From Microcystis aeruginosa NIES-843 (GTDB taxonomy: Bacteria; Cyanobacteriota; Cyanobacteriia; Cyanobacteriales; Microcystaceae), in contig NC_010296.1 in assembly GCF_000010625.1 (NCBI RefSeq), positions 5,250,001-5,282,000 of the forward strand: a DNA stretch of 32,000 nucleotides, read 5' to 3'. The stretch's first letter is position 1; the number at the start of each line of letters is the position of its first letter. The notes under the pieces are model-generated. The model had not been told where the DNA came from. It did no database searches and saw nothing but the letters and a program-made list of their open reading frames with translations. This document shows, in pieces, positions 15,595 through 23,904 of this stretch. A program made the position numbers and the translations under genes.

Positions 15595-16437
15595 ATGAAA
15601 ACTGACACGATTTTTTATCAACTCTTTCAATCATTCCCCTCTATCTTCTTTGAATTAATTCAACTCCCTATCAGCGAAGCGAATAACTACCGCTTTGACT
15701 CAGTGGAAGTCAAACAACTTTCTTTTCGTCTTGATGGAGTCTTTCTGCCTCAAAATAATCACCCCCAGACTCCTATCTACTTCTGTGAGGTACAATTTCA
15801 AGAAGATGAGGCTTTTTATCAGCGCTTTTTCACTGAAATATTCTTATATCTCAGTAAAACTGACTTAACCAATGATTGGCGGGGTGTGATTGTCTATCCT
15901 AACCCTCAAGTAGAAACCGATAAAGTTCAACGCTATCGGGAACTTCTCAACTCCGAGCGAGTGAGACGGATTTATCTGAATGAATTAGAAAACATTCCTC
16001 AAACTTCGATTGGTTTAGCTACAGTCCAATTAATCACCCTATCTAAAGCAAAAGCGATTGATAGCACCCGAAAATTAATCCAAAGAGTGCGGCAAGAATT
16101 AACCCCCGACCAAAAACCGCAAGAACTCTTACAATTAATAGAGACGATTCTCGTTTATAAGTTACCGCTTCTCAATCGTCGGGAGATAGAAACTATGTTT
16201 AGTTTAGATGAATTAAAACAAACTCAGTATTTTCAAGATGTGCGCGAAGAAGCGCGTCAGGAAGGTCGCGAGGAAGGCATTGAGCAAGGCATTGAGCAAG
16301 GCATTGAGCAAGGCAGACTAAACAAAGCACTAGAGGCTGTCCCTCGTTTGTTAGCCTTAGGGTTAAGCGTTGAGCAAGTCGCATCTGCGTTAGAGTTAGA
16401 GGTTAAACAGGTTAGAGCTATACAAAACGGGACATAA
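15595..16437 (+). CDS. Rpn/DUF2887-type nuclease, tandem copy 5 (280 aa, 3 GIEQ)
   Basis: Near-identical to copy 1. Last unit of the array, followed by a ~240-nt unique tail. Confidence 0.75.
   Translation: MKTDTIFYQLFQSFPSIFFELIQLPISEANNYRFDSVEVKQLSFRLDGVFLPQNNHPQTPIYFCEVQFQEDEAFYQRFFTEIFLYLSKTDLTNDWRGVIVYPNPQVETDKVQRYRELLNSERVRRIYLNELENIPQTSIGLATVQLITLSKAKAIDSTRKLIQRVRQELTPDQKPQELLQLIETILVYKLPLLNRREIETMFSLDELKQTQYFQDVREEARQEGREEGIEQGIEQGIEQGRLNKALEAVPRLLALGLSVEQVASALELEVKQVRAIQNGT
16276..16311 (+). repeat. In-frame 12-bp tandem repeat GGCATTGAGCAA x3
   Basis: Three contiguous units inside copy 5. Confidence 0.95.
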
Positions 16438-16679
16438 TCTCCTTATGTCCTCATGTCTAGGATGTCCTGTTATACTAAATCCTGTTTGATTTGATTGATT
16501 CAAGCTAATGTTATGGCTAATACTGGGAAAAGTTAAGATTTATACCCCATAGATGAGCGATTAAAAGCAATAATCTCCGCCATTCTACCCCCCCGAATTT
16601 GTCAAGTATTCTCCGTTTTTTATTGATGAATACGGAAAAAGCCCATCAGGGAGAGACTGGAAGGGTTAGAAAGTTGAGA

Positions 16680-16731
16680 TTTAACGAGTCCGTTGATGCG
16701 GTCTAAGAGCAAGCGCGGATGAAGAAATAAA
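16680..16731 (+). repeat. 52-bp direct repeat, copy B (relic of the hsdR 3' end; overlaps the real 3' end of tauE on the minus strand)
   Basis: TTTAACGAGTCCGTTGATGCGGTCTAAGAGCAAGCGCGGATGAAGAAATAAA. It still reads FNESVDAV* in the hsdR sense. The tauE stop (CTA, 16703-16705) lies inside it. Confidence 0.95.
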
Positions 16732-17461
16732 TGGCCATCAGTAGCAGAAAAATATAAAAAGTAATCCGCACCAATCGATCCGGTAATTTCGGTAAAAAAC
16801 GAGTGGTTACTTGTACACCTAGGGAACCACCGATACCTAAAATAATCCCTTGTAGATAAAGAATATGACCGGCTTGGGCATGAGCGAAACAGGCGGCGAT
16901 CGAATTGAGTAAAACCACACCTAAACTGGTGACAATGGCGATTTTGATCTTTTCTGCCAAAAAAATCATTTGTAGTGGCACCATGATCGCCCCACCGCCA
17001 ATTCCGAAAATACCGGCTAGAAATCCAGCGATTCCTCCGGTTAGCAGACAGGCTAGATTAGGATGCAATCTAATGGCAGAAACTGACTCTTTTTGGCTTA
17101 AATTTTGCTTGAGATTGGTTAAATAGATATTGAGCAGTAAAAAACAACCAAAAGCCGCTTCTAGGAGGTGTTTGGGGCTATATTTGACCAGATAGACCCC
17201 GATAAATGCCGTAAAAATCCCGGGTAAACCTAAGAGGAGAACTCGCTGCCATTTCAGGGAACCTAATCGCCAATTTTGGATCGTACCCCCTAGGGAAGTG
17301 AAAACGATCGCTAAACTGCTGGTAGCCACCGATTCCCCGTAACTGTAGCCCAAATTTAACAGGATCGCCACGGAGATAGTGCCACCCCCAATACCGAATA
17401 AACCCGCTAATAAGCCCGAAAAAACGCCTGTTATCAGTAAAATCAAGTAATTGTCTGCCAT
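16703..17461 (-). CDS. TauE/SafE family sulfite-exporter-like membrane protein
   Basis: 252 aa, multi-TM, with duplicated GLFGIGGG / GIFGIGGGAIMVP motifs typical of the family. Confidence 0.85.
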   Translation of the reverse strand: MADNYLILLITGVFSGLLAGLFGIGGGTISVAILLNLGYSYGESVATSSLAIVFTSLGGTIQNWRLGSLKWQRVLLLGLPGIFTAFIGVYLVKYSPKHLLEAAFGCFLLLNIYLTNLKQNLSQKESVSAIRLHPNLACLLTGGIAGFLAGIFGIGGGAIMVPLQMIFLAEKIKIAIVTSLGVVLLNSIAACFAHAQAGHILYLQGIILGIGGSLGVQVTTRFLPKLPDRLVRITFYIFLLLMAIYFFIRACS

Positions 17462-17524
17462 TATCTTCGGTTCATGGCCTTGAAGGGTCTGAATTTGCTA
17501 TTATACATAGGACTTACTGAAAAA

Positions 17525-17596
17525 GTAAGGGCGAAGCATTCGGATAGAAAATCTACGGTTTCAGCGATAGTTTATGCCCGAATGCTTCGCCCCTAC
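17525..17596. mobile_element. 72-bp MITE-like hairpin element (GTAAGGGCGAAGCATTCGG...CCGAATGCTTCGCCCCTAC)
   Basis: 19-bp terminal inverted repeats with one mismatch. Lies in the leader of the lipid kinase gene and creates the spurious N-terminal extension of ORF 17474-18604. Confidence 0.75.
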
Positions 17597-17716
17597 AGGA
17601 CTTGCACCTGTTTCGCAAAACCAGCCACTAAAACCCTTACCTCGTCTATATTTCACATTTATTCAGCAACTCCTAATTACATAACCTTTATCCCGGCACT
17701 GCTGAGAAACTTACCT

Positions 17717-18604
17717 ATGACTAAAAGAGCTTTACTACTAATTAATCGTCACTCGCGCAAGGGTAAAGAAAACTTTGCTCAAACTGTCGAGCTGCTCAAT
17801 CATTGGGATTTTGAAATTATCAGCGTCCCTTTGAAAAAGGTAGAAGATATACCTTTTTTGATGGAAAAATATCGCTCTAATATTGATTTAGTTATCGTCG
17901 GTGGTGGCGATGGGACTCTTAATGCTATGGTGGATGTGTTGGTAGAAACTCAACTGCCTTTAGGCATTATACCTTTGGGAACGGCTAATGATTTAGCCCG
18001 GACTTTAGGGATACCGAATTCTATTGCCGAAGCCTGTCGAATTATTGCGGAAGGTAATTTAAAATATATCGATCTAGGTTGGGTAAATAATAAATACTTT
18101 TTCAACGTGGCTAGTTTAGGATTAAGTGTGAAAATTACCCAAAAACTGAACAAGGGTTTAAAGCGACGTTTGGGGATTTTGGCCTACGCTTGGACAGCCC
18201 TACAGTTATTAAGTAAAACTCGTCCTTTTACCGCTATGATCGGTATTGATGGCCAAAATATCAAAGTTAAAACCCTACAAATAGCGATCGGAAATGGTCG
18301 TTATTATGGGGGAGGAATGCCGATCGCTCATGATGCCCAAATCGACGATCAAAGATTAGATTTATATAGCCTAGAAATTGAACACTGGTGGCAAATTTTC
18401 CCGCTTTTGTGGACATTACCGCGAGGACAACAGGGTTTATTATCTTGGGTGAGAACTCTTAACGGCAAAGAAATTCAAATTCAGACTCGTAAACCCCATA
18501 GTATTAACACCGATGGCGAAATTACTAGCACTACTCCCGCCATGTTTCGAGTTATTCCGGCGGTCTTAGGAGTCTATATTCCCCGTCAGGAAACACAATT
18601 TTAA
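17717..18604 (+). CDS. YegS/BmrU-type lipid kinase (diacylglycerol kinase catalytic domain)
   Basis: MTKRALLLINRHSRKG start, VIVGGGDGTLN motif, PLGTANDLARTLG motif. The ATG at 17717 is preferred because upstream codons run through a MITE. Confidence 0.8.
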   Translation: MTKRALLLINRHSRKGKENFAQTVELLNHWDFEIISVPLKKVEDIPFLMEKYRSNIDLVIVGGGDGTLNAMVDVLVETQLPLGIIPLGTANDLARTLGIPNSIAEACRIIAEGNLKYIDLGWVNNKYFFNVASLGLSVKITQKLNKGLKRRLGILAYAWTALQLLSKTRPFTAMIGIDGQNIKVKTLQIAIGNGRYYGGGMPIAHDAQIDDQRLDLYSLEIEHWWQIFPLLWTLPRGQQGLLSWVRTLNGKEIQIQTRKPHSINTDGEITSTTPAMFRVIPAVLGVYIPRQETQF

Positions 18605-18606
18605 AA

Positions 18607-19692
18607 TTAACGAAAAGGAGGAGAATACAATAAACCCCCCTTTGTCCAAAGATTATTTAAACCTCGATCGAGTTGCAGGGGTTTACCGATTTCACGATCA
18701 TAAATTTCACCGTAATTACCCACCTGTTTTAAGACTCTTTGGGCAAAATCATTGGGTAAACCCATATCTTCGCCTAACTTCTCATCGATACCCAAAAAGC
18801 GCCGAATACTGGGGTCTTTGCTGTCGGCAAAAGTGGCAATATTTTGGGAGTTAATCCCGAATTCTTCCCCTTGAATTAAACTAAAAACGATCGAGCGGAC
18901 GGCATTCGACCAAGCGGGATCACCATCGGCCACGGCCGGGGCCAAGGGTTCCTTAGATATTACCACTTCTAATAATTGATGATCCTGTGGTCGGGGAAAA
19001 ACCGAGCGCCGGGCCACCAATTGGGAGCGATCGGAGGTGACAGCCTGACAACGCCCCGCCTGATAAGCTGTATATAAGGCCTCCACATCATCGGAAACGA
19101 TCGGTTTATAACCTTGCACTGCCGCTTTTGCCATGGCATCGGCCAGATTTTGTTCTGTGGTGGTTCCCGATAGCACACAAATGGACTTTCCGCTCAAATC
19201 TTCTAATTTCTTAACATTACTGGCTTTCGTGGCCATAATTCCTTGACCATCATAGAAAACCGGGGTGATAAACTCCATCCCCAGAGCGGTATCCCGGTTA
19301 ATCGTCCAGGTGGTGTTGCGACTGAGGATATCCACTTCTCCCGTCTGTACGGCAGTAAATCTCTCTTGGGGGCTAAGTTTACGATATTCGACTTTGGAGG
19401 GATCATCAAAGAGAGCAGCCGCAATAGCTCGGCAAATTTGCACATCTAAGCCCGAATATTCGCCTTTTTCATTAACAAAGCTAAACCCCGGCACTTCTCC
19501 GTTAATGCCACAAATTAACTTACCGCGATTTTTCACCGTTTGCAAGCGGTCAGCACTGGGACTATTTGCAGTGTTAGAACTAGAATTCGGTTGATTTTCC
19601 GTCCCACAGGCAGTAATTAGCAGTAACAGCAGGGACAATGCACAAAAACGCCACTTTAGCATAGATATTCTCTGAAAAATTTTTTTAGTCAC
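18607..19692 (-). CDS. Amino-acid ABC transporter periplasmic substrate-binding lipoprotein (AapJ/BztA/NatF-like)
   Basis: Signal peptide with lipobox LLLITAC and an SBP type 3 pattern. An alternative start at 19662 (MLKWRF) is possible. Confidence 0.8.
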   Translation of the reverse strand: MTKKIFQRISMLKWRFCALSLLLLLITACGTENQPNSSSNTANSPSADRLQTVKNRGKLICGINGEVPGFSFVNEKGEYSGLDVQICRAIAAALFDDPSKVEYRKLSPQERFTAVQTGEVDILSRNTTWTINRDTALGMEFITPVFYDGQGIMATKASNVKKLEDLSGKSICVLSGTTTEQNLADAMAKAAVQGYKPIVSDDVEALYTAYQAGRCQAVTSDRSQLVARRSVFPRPQDHQLLEVVISKEPLAPAVADGDPAWSNAVRSIVFSLIQGEEFGINSQNIATFADSKDPSIRRFLGIDEKLGEDMGLPNDFAQRVLKQVGNYGEIYDREIGKPLQLDRGLNNLWTKGGLLYSPPFR

Positions 19693-19698
19693 TTAACT

Positions 19699-20439
19699 TT
19701 AGCTGAAAGACCAGAGCAAGCTTAACAGTATAGCTACGATCGCACCGATAACCGTATTGATCACATTGACCAATTCATTAGTTAACCACAGAAAGCGAGT
19801 TTGTAGAGTAGCACCGATGAGACTTTCGATATTGGTGGCGATAAATGCCGCAATTACGCACCATAACACACCAAGAAGATCGATCGCACCGATACCCCAT
19901 GCTAACAGGGAAATCGCCGTGGCTGCCAGCAAACCGGCGAGCGTTCCCTCTAAACTAACAGCCCCTTCTGTTCCCCGGGGGACGGATTTAAAATTAGTGA
20001 TTAGATAAGTAGTTTTACCATAAGCTTTGCCCACCTCACTGGCAGTAGTATCGGCTAATTTGGTGCTAAAACTAGCCACATAAGCGAGTATTAAGAGGTA
20101 ATCCCAGGGAGAAGCGGCAAAAAGACTTAGGATAGCGCAAATTGCCCCCGCTAAAGCGGAACCCCAGACATTTTCAGGACCGCGCACCCCCGCTCTTTTT
20201 TCGGCAATTCCCTCCGCTTCCTTGCGCGCTAAACCGATGCGGGTGACAGTAGAACCGACGAGGAAATAGAATAAAACAATTAGATAACCGCGCCATCCCA
20301 AGCTTCCCCAGACAATTACCCCTAAAACCCAAGCATGGAGATAACCCATCCGAGTTAAGAGCTTTTTTGGGGCAATTGCAGCGATTCCGAGGAGGACGGT
20401 ATTGAGAAGAACAGCGACGAGCCAAGGATTAGTTAACAT
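19699..20439 (-). CDS. DUF92/TIGR00297-family integral membrane protein (the family that includes VTE6-type phytyl-phosphate kinase)
   Basis: 246 aa, polytopic. GVRGPENVWGSALAG and GAVSLEGTLAGLLAA segments are typical of the family. Recognised by eye only. Confidence 0.6.
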   Translation of the reverse strand: MLTNPWLVAVLLNTVLLGIAAIAPKKLLTRMGYLHAWVLGVIVWGSLGWRGYLIVLFYFLVGSTVTRIGLARKEAEGIAEKRAGVRGPENVWGSALAGAICAILSLFAASPWDYLLILAYVASFSTKLADTTASEVGKAYGKTTYLITNFKSVPRGTEGAVSLEGTLAGLLAATAISLLAWGIGAIDLLGVLWCVIAAFIATNIESLIGATLQTRFLWLTNELVNVINTVIGAIVAILLSLLWSFS

Positions 20440-20483
20440 AGTATCTGGGCAAGTTTACATCCCCCATTGTATCGATCGAGTTC

Positions 20484-21188
20484 ATGAAAACTAATCAACC
20501 TTATCAACCTCTTTTACTGCGAATTCTGCACGGATTCACGGGAATTGCCCTCATTGCCGCCATGGTTACGGCCTATTGGACCTATGATACTTTTGACGGT
20601 CGTTGGTTAAAACTGCCCTTACCAGAATATCAAGAAATTGAAAGTATTCATGGCACTTTTGGCCTCTATACCCTGATTATCTTTCCCGTTTTTGCTATCT
20701 ATGCTTTTCGTCGGGGCAACAAAAGATTAATTCAAAGTGATTCTCTTAACAAATTAACCCAATTTGGTAAGCCGATTTGGTGGTATAGTCTCCATCGTTT
20801 AGTCAATACTTTGACTCTTTTTGCCCTAACTTTTGCCTTGTATAGTGGTCGGATGATGGATTCCAAATGGCTACCGGAAGGGGAATTAAATCACTTTTGG
20901 TATTATGCCCATTTGCTCAGTTGGTTAATTATGGCAGTATGTCTGATCCTGCACCTGCTCATGACTGCTAAAGTGGGGGGGGTTCCCCTATTATTATCTA
21001 TCCTTAAATGGCGTTTTCGTGAACAAGATAGCCCGAAATTATGGTTATCTCAATTACGTCAATGGGGGTTAAGTTTGCGTCTAGCTAAGATTTTTCAGTG
21101 GCTACAATCTCTTAACTTATATAAAATTTTAGAAATTGTTGTTTTACTGGCTATTATAGCAGCTTGGATTGTTCCCAAGTTTGACTAG
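20484..21188 (+). CDS. Hypothetical membrane protein, possibly cytochrome b561-like
   Basis: About 5 TM helices with conserved-looking His residues in helices (LRILHGFTG, SIHGTFG, LHRLVN, YAHLLSW...LHLL). Weak assignment. Confidence 0.4.
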   Translation: MKTNQPYQPLLLRILHGFTGIALIAAMVTAYWTYDTFDGRWLKLPLPEYQEIESIHGTFGLYTLIIFPVFAIYAFRRGNKRLIQSDSLNKLTQFGKPIWWYSLHRLVNTLTLFALTFALYSGRMMDSKWLPEGELNHFWYYAHLLSWLIMAVCLILHLLMTAKVGGVPLLLSILKWRFREQDSPKLWLSQLRQWGLSLRLAKIFQWLQSLNLYKILEIVVLLAIIAAWIVPKFD

Positions 21189-21202
21189 ATCTAAGGGAGC
21201 AA

Positions 21203-21442
21203 CTACCAGAGCGGATCGGAGTATAAATGAACGGTTAAAGAATCTCGATCGCCGGGGATACCAGTAATACAACTGCAAATTTGAGTACCATCATCTAATT
21301 CTACCTCGCAAGCGTGACAGGAACCCATTAAACAGCCGGTAGGAATGTCAATTCCTGCTTTTTTGGCTACATCTAATAATAGTTCTCCAGTTTCCGCTTC
21401 TATGATGATATCATCGGGTAAAAAACGCACTGCAATAGTCAT
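21203..21442 (-). CDS. Small 2Fe-2S ferredoxin-like protein
   Basis: 79 aa with Cys pattern C-x4-C-x2-C...C (PTGCLMGSCHACEV...ICSCI). Starts 10 nt after the cobQ stop on the same strand. Confidence 0.7.
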   Translation of the reverse strand: MTIAVRFLPDDIIIEAETGELLLDVAKKAGIDIPTGCLMGSCHACEVELDDGTQICSCITGIPGDRDSLTVHLYSDPLW

Positions 21443-21451
21443 AATTTCTCC

Positions 21452-22927
21452 TTACAAATGAGCAAAAATAGGTTGAAGATTTAAATGTTCTTCCAATAAA
21501 TTAGCCATATTATCTAGGGTTATTTCTCTTTGTTCGCAATAGTTAGCAATTCCCGTAGGCAAAGATAATAAACCGCGACGCTGACGCAGATGATTTAACC
21601 AAGTTCTTCGCCAAGAACCATTATCAAAGATACCATGTAAATAACAGCCCCAAATTGAGAGAGAATCATTGACAATTCCCAGACTAGCATCTTCCTCGAA
21701 CATTTTTTGATAACCTGATTCACTTTCCCATTGGCTTATTCCCTGGTGAATTTCGTATCCCATTACTGGTAAACCCCCTTGGGGATAATTAGATAAAACT
21801 TGTCGTTGACGGGTAATTTTTTCGGCAGTAATTACCGTTTTTAAGGGCAGTAAATTTAAGCCAGCTGCCTCACTTTCGGGACCTTCTCGATGGTCAGTAT
21901 CCAGGATTAATCGCCCTAACATTTGCAAACCACCACAGATGCCAAAGATAATACCTCCCCTTTGGTGATAGGCTTGTAATTGATTAGCCATACCACTTTG
22001 ATTAAGAGCAATTAAATCAGCAACAGTGGTTTTAGAGCCGGGGATAATTACCCCATCGGGATCACCTAAAGATTCCTGTAATTCTAGATAACGTACATTG
22101 ACCGTTGCTTCGCCACAGAGAGGGTCAAAATCAGTAAAATTAGCGATATGAGGCAGACGAATGACAATGATATTTAGTTCAGCTTTGGGTTTTTGGGCGG
22201 GGCGATCGAGTAAACTGAGAGAATCCTCGGCACTTAAAAAGATATCACTATAGGGAAGAACTCCCAACACGGGAATTTTTGTATAATCTTCTAGCCAAGT
22301 AATCCCCGAATCTAAGAGGGATTTTTGTCCGCGAAATTTATTGATCACAATACCTTTAATTAAAGCTCTTTCCTCCGGTTCTAATAATTCTAACGTACCG
22401 ACGACGTGAGCAAAAGCCCCCCCGCGATCAATATCCACCACTAAAATAGTAGCGGCATCGAGATATTTAGCCACCCGCATATTAGTTAAATCGCGATGTT
22501 TGAGATTTATTTCCGCCGGACTTCCCGCACCTTCACAGACAACTAGATCAAATTCTGCCGATAATTTAGCTAAAGATTCTTTAATTGCTTGCCAACCTTG
22601 CTCAAAATAATTCTGATAATAATCCACTGCCGTGGTGACACCCACAGCCTTGCCTTTAATAATCACCTGAGAGGTCATATTTCCCTGGGGTTTTAATAAA
22701 ATTGGGTTCATTTCTACCCGGGGAATTGTCCCCGCGGCCCATGCTTGCACCGCCTGGGCGTGACCCATTTCTCCCCCTCCGGCGGTAACATAGGCATTAA
22801 GGGCCATATTCTGACCTTTAAAGGGTGTTACCTGCCAGCCTTTCCGGTTGAATAAACGACATAAAGCCGCAGTTAAAAAAGATTTACCCGCGTGGGAGGT
22901 TGTCCCCACTGCCATAATTGCTTTCAT
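21452..22927 (-). CDS. cobQ: Cobyric acid synthase
   Basis: 491 aa with an N-terminal P-loop-like GTTSHAGKS and a C-terminal glutamine amidotransferase domain (GICGGLQMLG ... YLHG). Confidence 0.95.
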   Translation of the reverse strand: MKAIMAVGTTSHAGKSFLTAALCRLFNRKGWQVTPFKGQNMALNAYVTAGGGEMGHAQAVQAWAAGTIPRVEMNPILLKPQGNMTSQVIIKGKAVGVTTAVDYYQNYFEQGWQAIKESLAKLSAEFDLVVCEGAGSPAEINLKHRDLTNMRVAKYLDAATILVVDIDRGGAFAHVVGTLELLEPEERALIKGIVINKFRGQKSLLDSGITWLEDYTKIPVLGVLPYSDIFLSAEDSLSLLDRPAQKPKAELNIIVIRLPHIANFTDFDPLCGEATVNVRYLELQESLGDPDGVIIPGSKTTVADLIALNQSGMANQLQAYHQRGGIIFGICGGLQMLGRLILDTDHREGPESEAAGLNLLPLKTVITAEKITRQRQVLSNYPQGGLPVMGYEIHQGISQWESESGYQKMFEEDASLGIVNDSLSIWGCYLHGIFDNGSWRRTWLNHLRQRRGLLSLPTGIANYCEQREITLDNMANLLEEHLNLQPIFAHL

Positions 22928-22957
22928 CTAGTTTTTTTATTGAGTATTTTCAGTTAA

Positions 22958-23020
22958 CTGATAACTGATAACTGATAACTGATAACTGATAACTGATAAC
23001 TGATAACTGATAACTGACAC
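22958..23020 (+). repeat. Heptamer tandem repeat CTGATAA x8 plus one degenerate unit
   Basis: Eight perfect contiguous units at 22958-23013, then CTGACAC. Lies between the 144-aa ORF stop and the cobQ start. Confidence 0.95.
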
Positions 23021-23029
23021 CCGACAGCA

Positions 23030-23464
23030 TTAAAAAGAAAACCAACGTTGCAGAGTATTTAAAAATCTTTGCCAGAAAGTGGGTTGAGGGAAAAAGTCCC
23101 CTTGGGGTTGCCATTTTTCTATTAATTTCCTCCCTAAAGGAGTGAGACGAAAACTATCGGTTATCCCCTGTCCATCTACTTCGCGCCGCAAAATTCCCAC
23201 TTTAATCAACCAGAGAAGATAGCTTTCCGCTGCCGCTTCCGTCAGCAGTCTGGAAGTATAACCTTTTTCTAAACCCCCAGCACCCGGAATGCTTAAAAGT
23301 GATACACTTCGCTCAAGCATAGCGGCGAATAGGGTGACACGGAAAGGAGAACAACAGAGGGCGCGTTCGGCCCTAGTGATGGTAGCATCAGGATAATTGA
23401 TGGCGGTAACGGTGGCAGTCGATAGGCTCATAGATTCCGATCGTTTAGCTATGGATAAACTCAT
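23030..23464 (-). CDS. Conserved hypothetical protein (144 aa)
   Basis: Long ORF with normal-looking composition and no recognised motif. Two possible MSLS starts 11 codons apart. Confidence 0.55.
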   Translation of the reverse strand: MSLSIAKRSESMSLSTATVTAINYPDATITRAERALCCSPFRVTLFAAMLERSVSLLSIPGAGGLEKGYTSRLLTEAAAESYLLWLIKVGILRREVDGQGITDSFRLTPLGRKLIEKWQPQGDFFPQPTFWQRFLNTLQRWFSF

Positions 23465-23546
23465 TGTTACATTAATTCTGCGTCAACCCCTGTCAACCCC
23501 AATCACCGATAAAATAGGGATGAAGTGTTAAGTAGCTTGAGTGTTT

Positions 23547-23849
23547 ATGCAGTCTCCCGAACCGTTCGATACTAAATATACCCCAGAGGAAGTGGAAGTG
23601 GAAATCGAAACCGACGATTTTCCCCCCGTTGCTACCCCGGTTAGTTTCGCTGCCACTCTCGAAAAAGTGAAAACTTGGTACGGCAGCCTGTCCACACCGG
23701 CACAGGTAGTCGTGGCAGTGGCGGGGGTTTTTGTGGCTCTTTCGATTTTAACGGCGATTTTACGCCTAGTCAGCGCAGTTTTAAGCGCTTTAATCCTTGC
23801 CGCTATCGTTTATCTCATCTATCGTTACATCCTCAAACCGAAATTTTAG
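23547..23849 (+). CDS. Hypothetical small membrane protein (acidic N-terminus, C-terminal TM pair)
   Basis: ATG at 23547; the track start at 23541 is GTG. Hydrophobic stretch VVVAVAGVFVALSILTAILRLVSAVLSALILAAIVYLIY. Confidence 0.5.
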   Translation: MQSPEPFDTKYTPEEVEVEIETDDFPPVATPVSFAATLEKVKTWYGSLSTPAQVVVAVAGVFVALSILTAILRLVSAVLSALILAAIVYLIYRYILKPKF

Positions 23850-23904
23850 TCGGTCATGCACATTTTCTGTTCAATGTCAAGAGTTTAATTGATAAAAAAA
23901 ATTT

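Noticed and set aside
22958-23020. Reading the GATAA-containing heptamers as a Fur box or GATA-type operator array, or as a CRISPR-like array
   Set aside because: The 7-bp periodicity does not match the contiguous hexamer organisation of Fur boxes. There are no spacers, so it is not CRISPR. I treat it simply as an STRR-like microsatellite.
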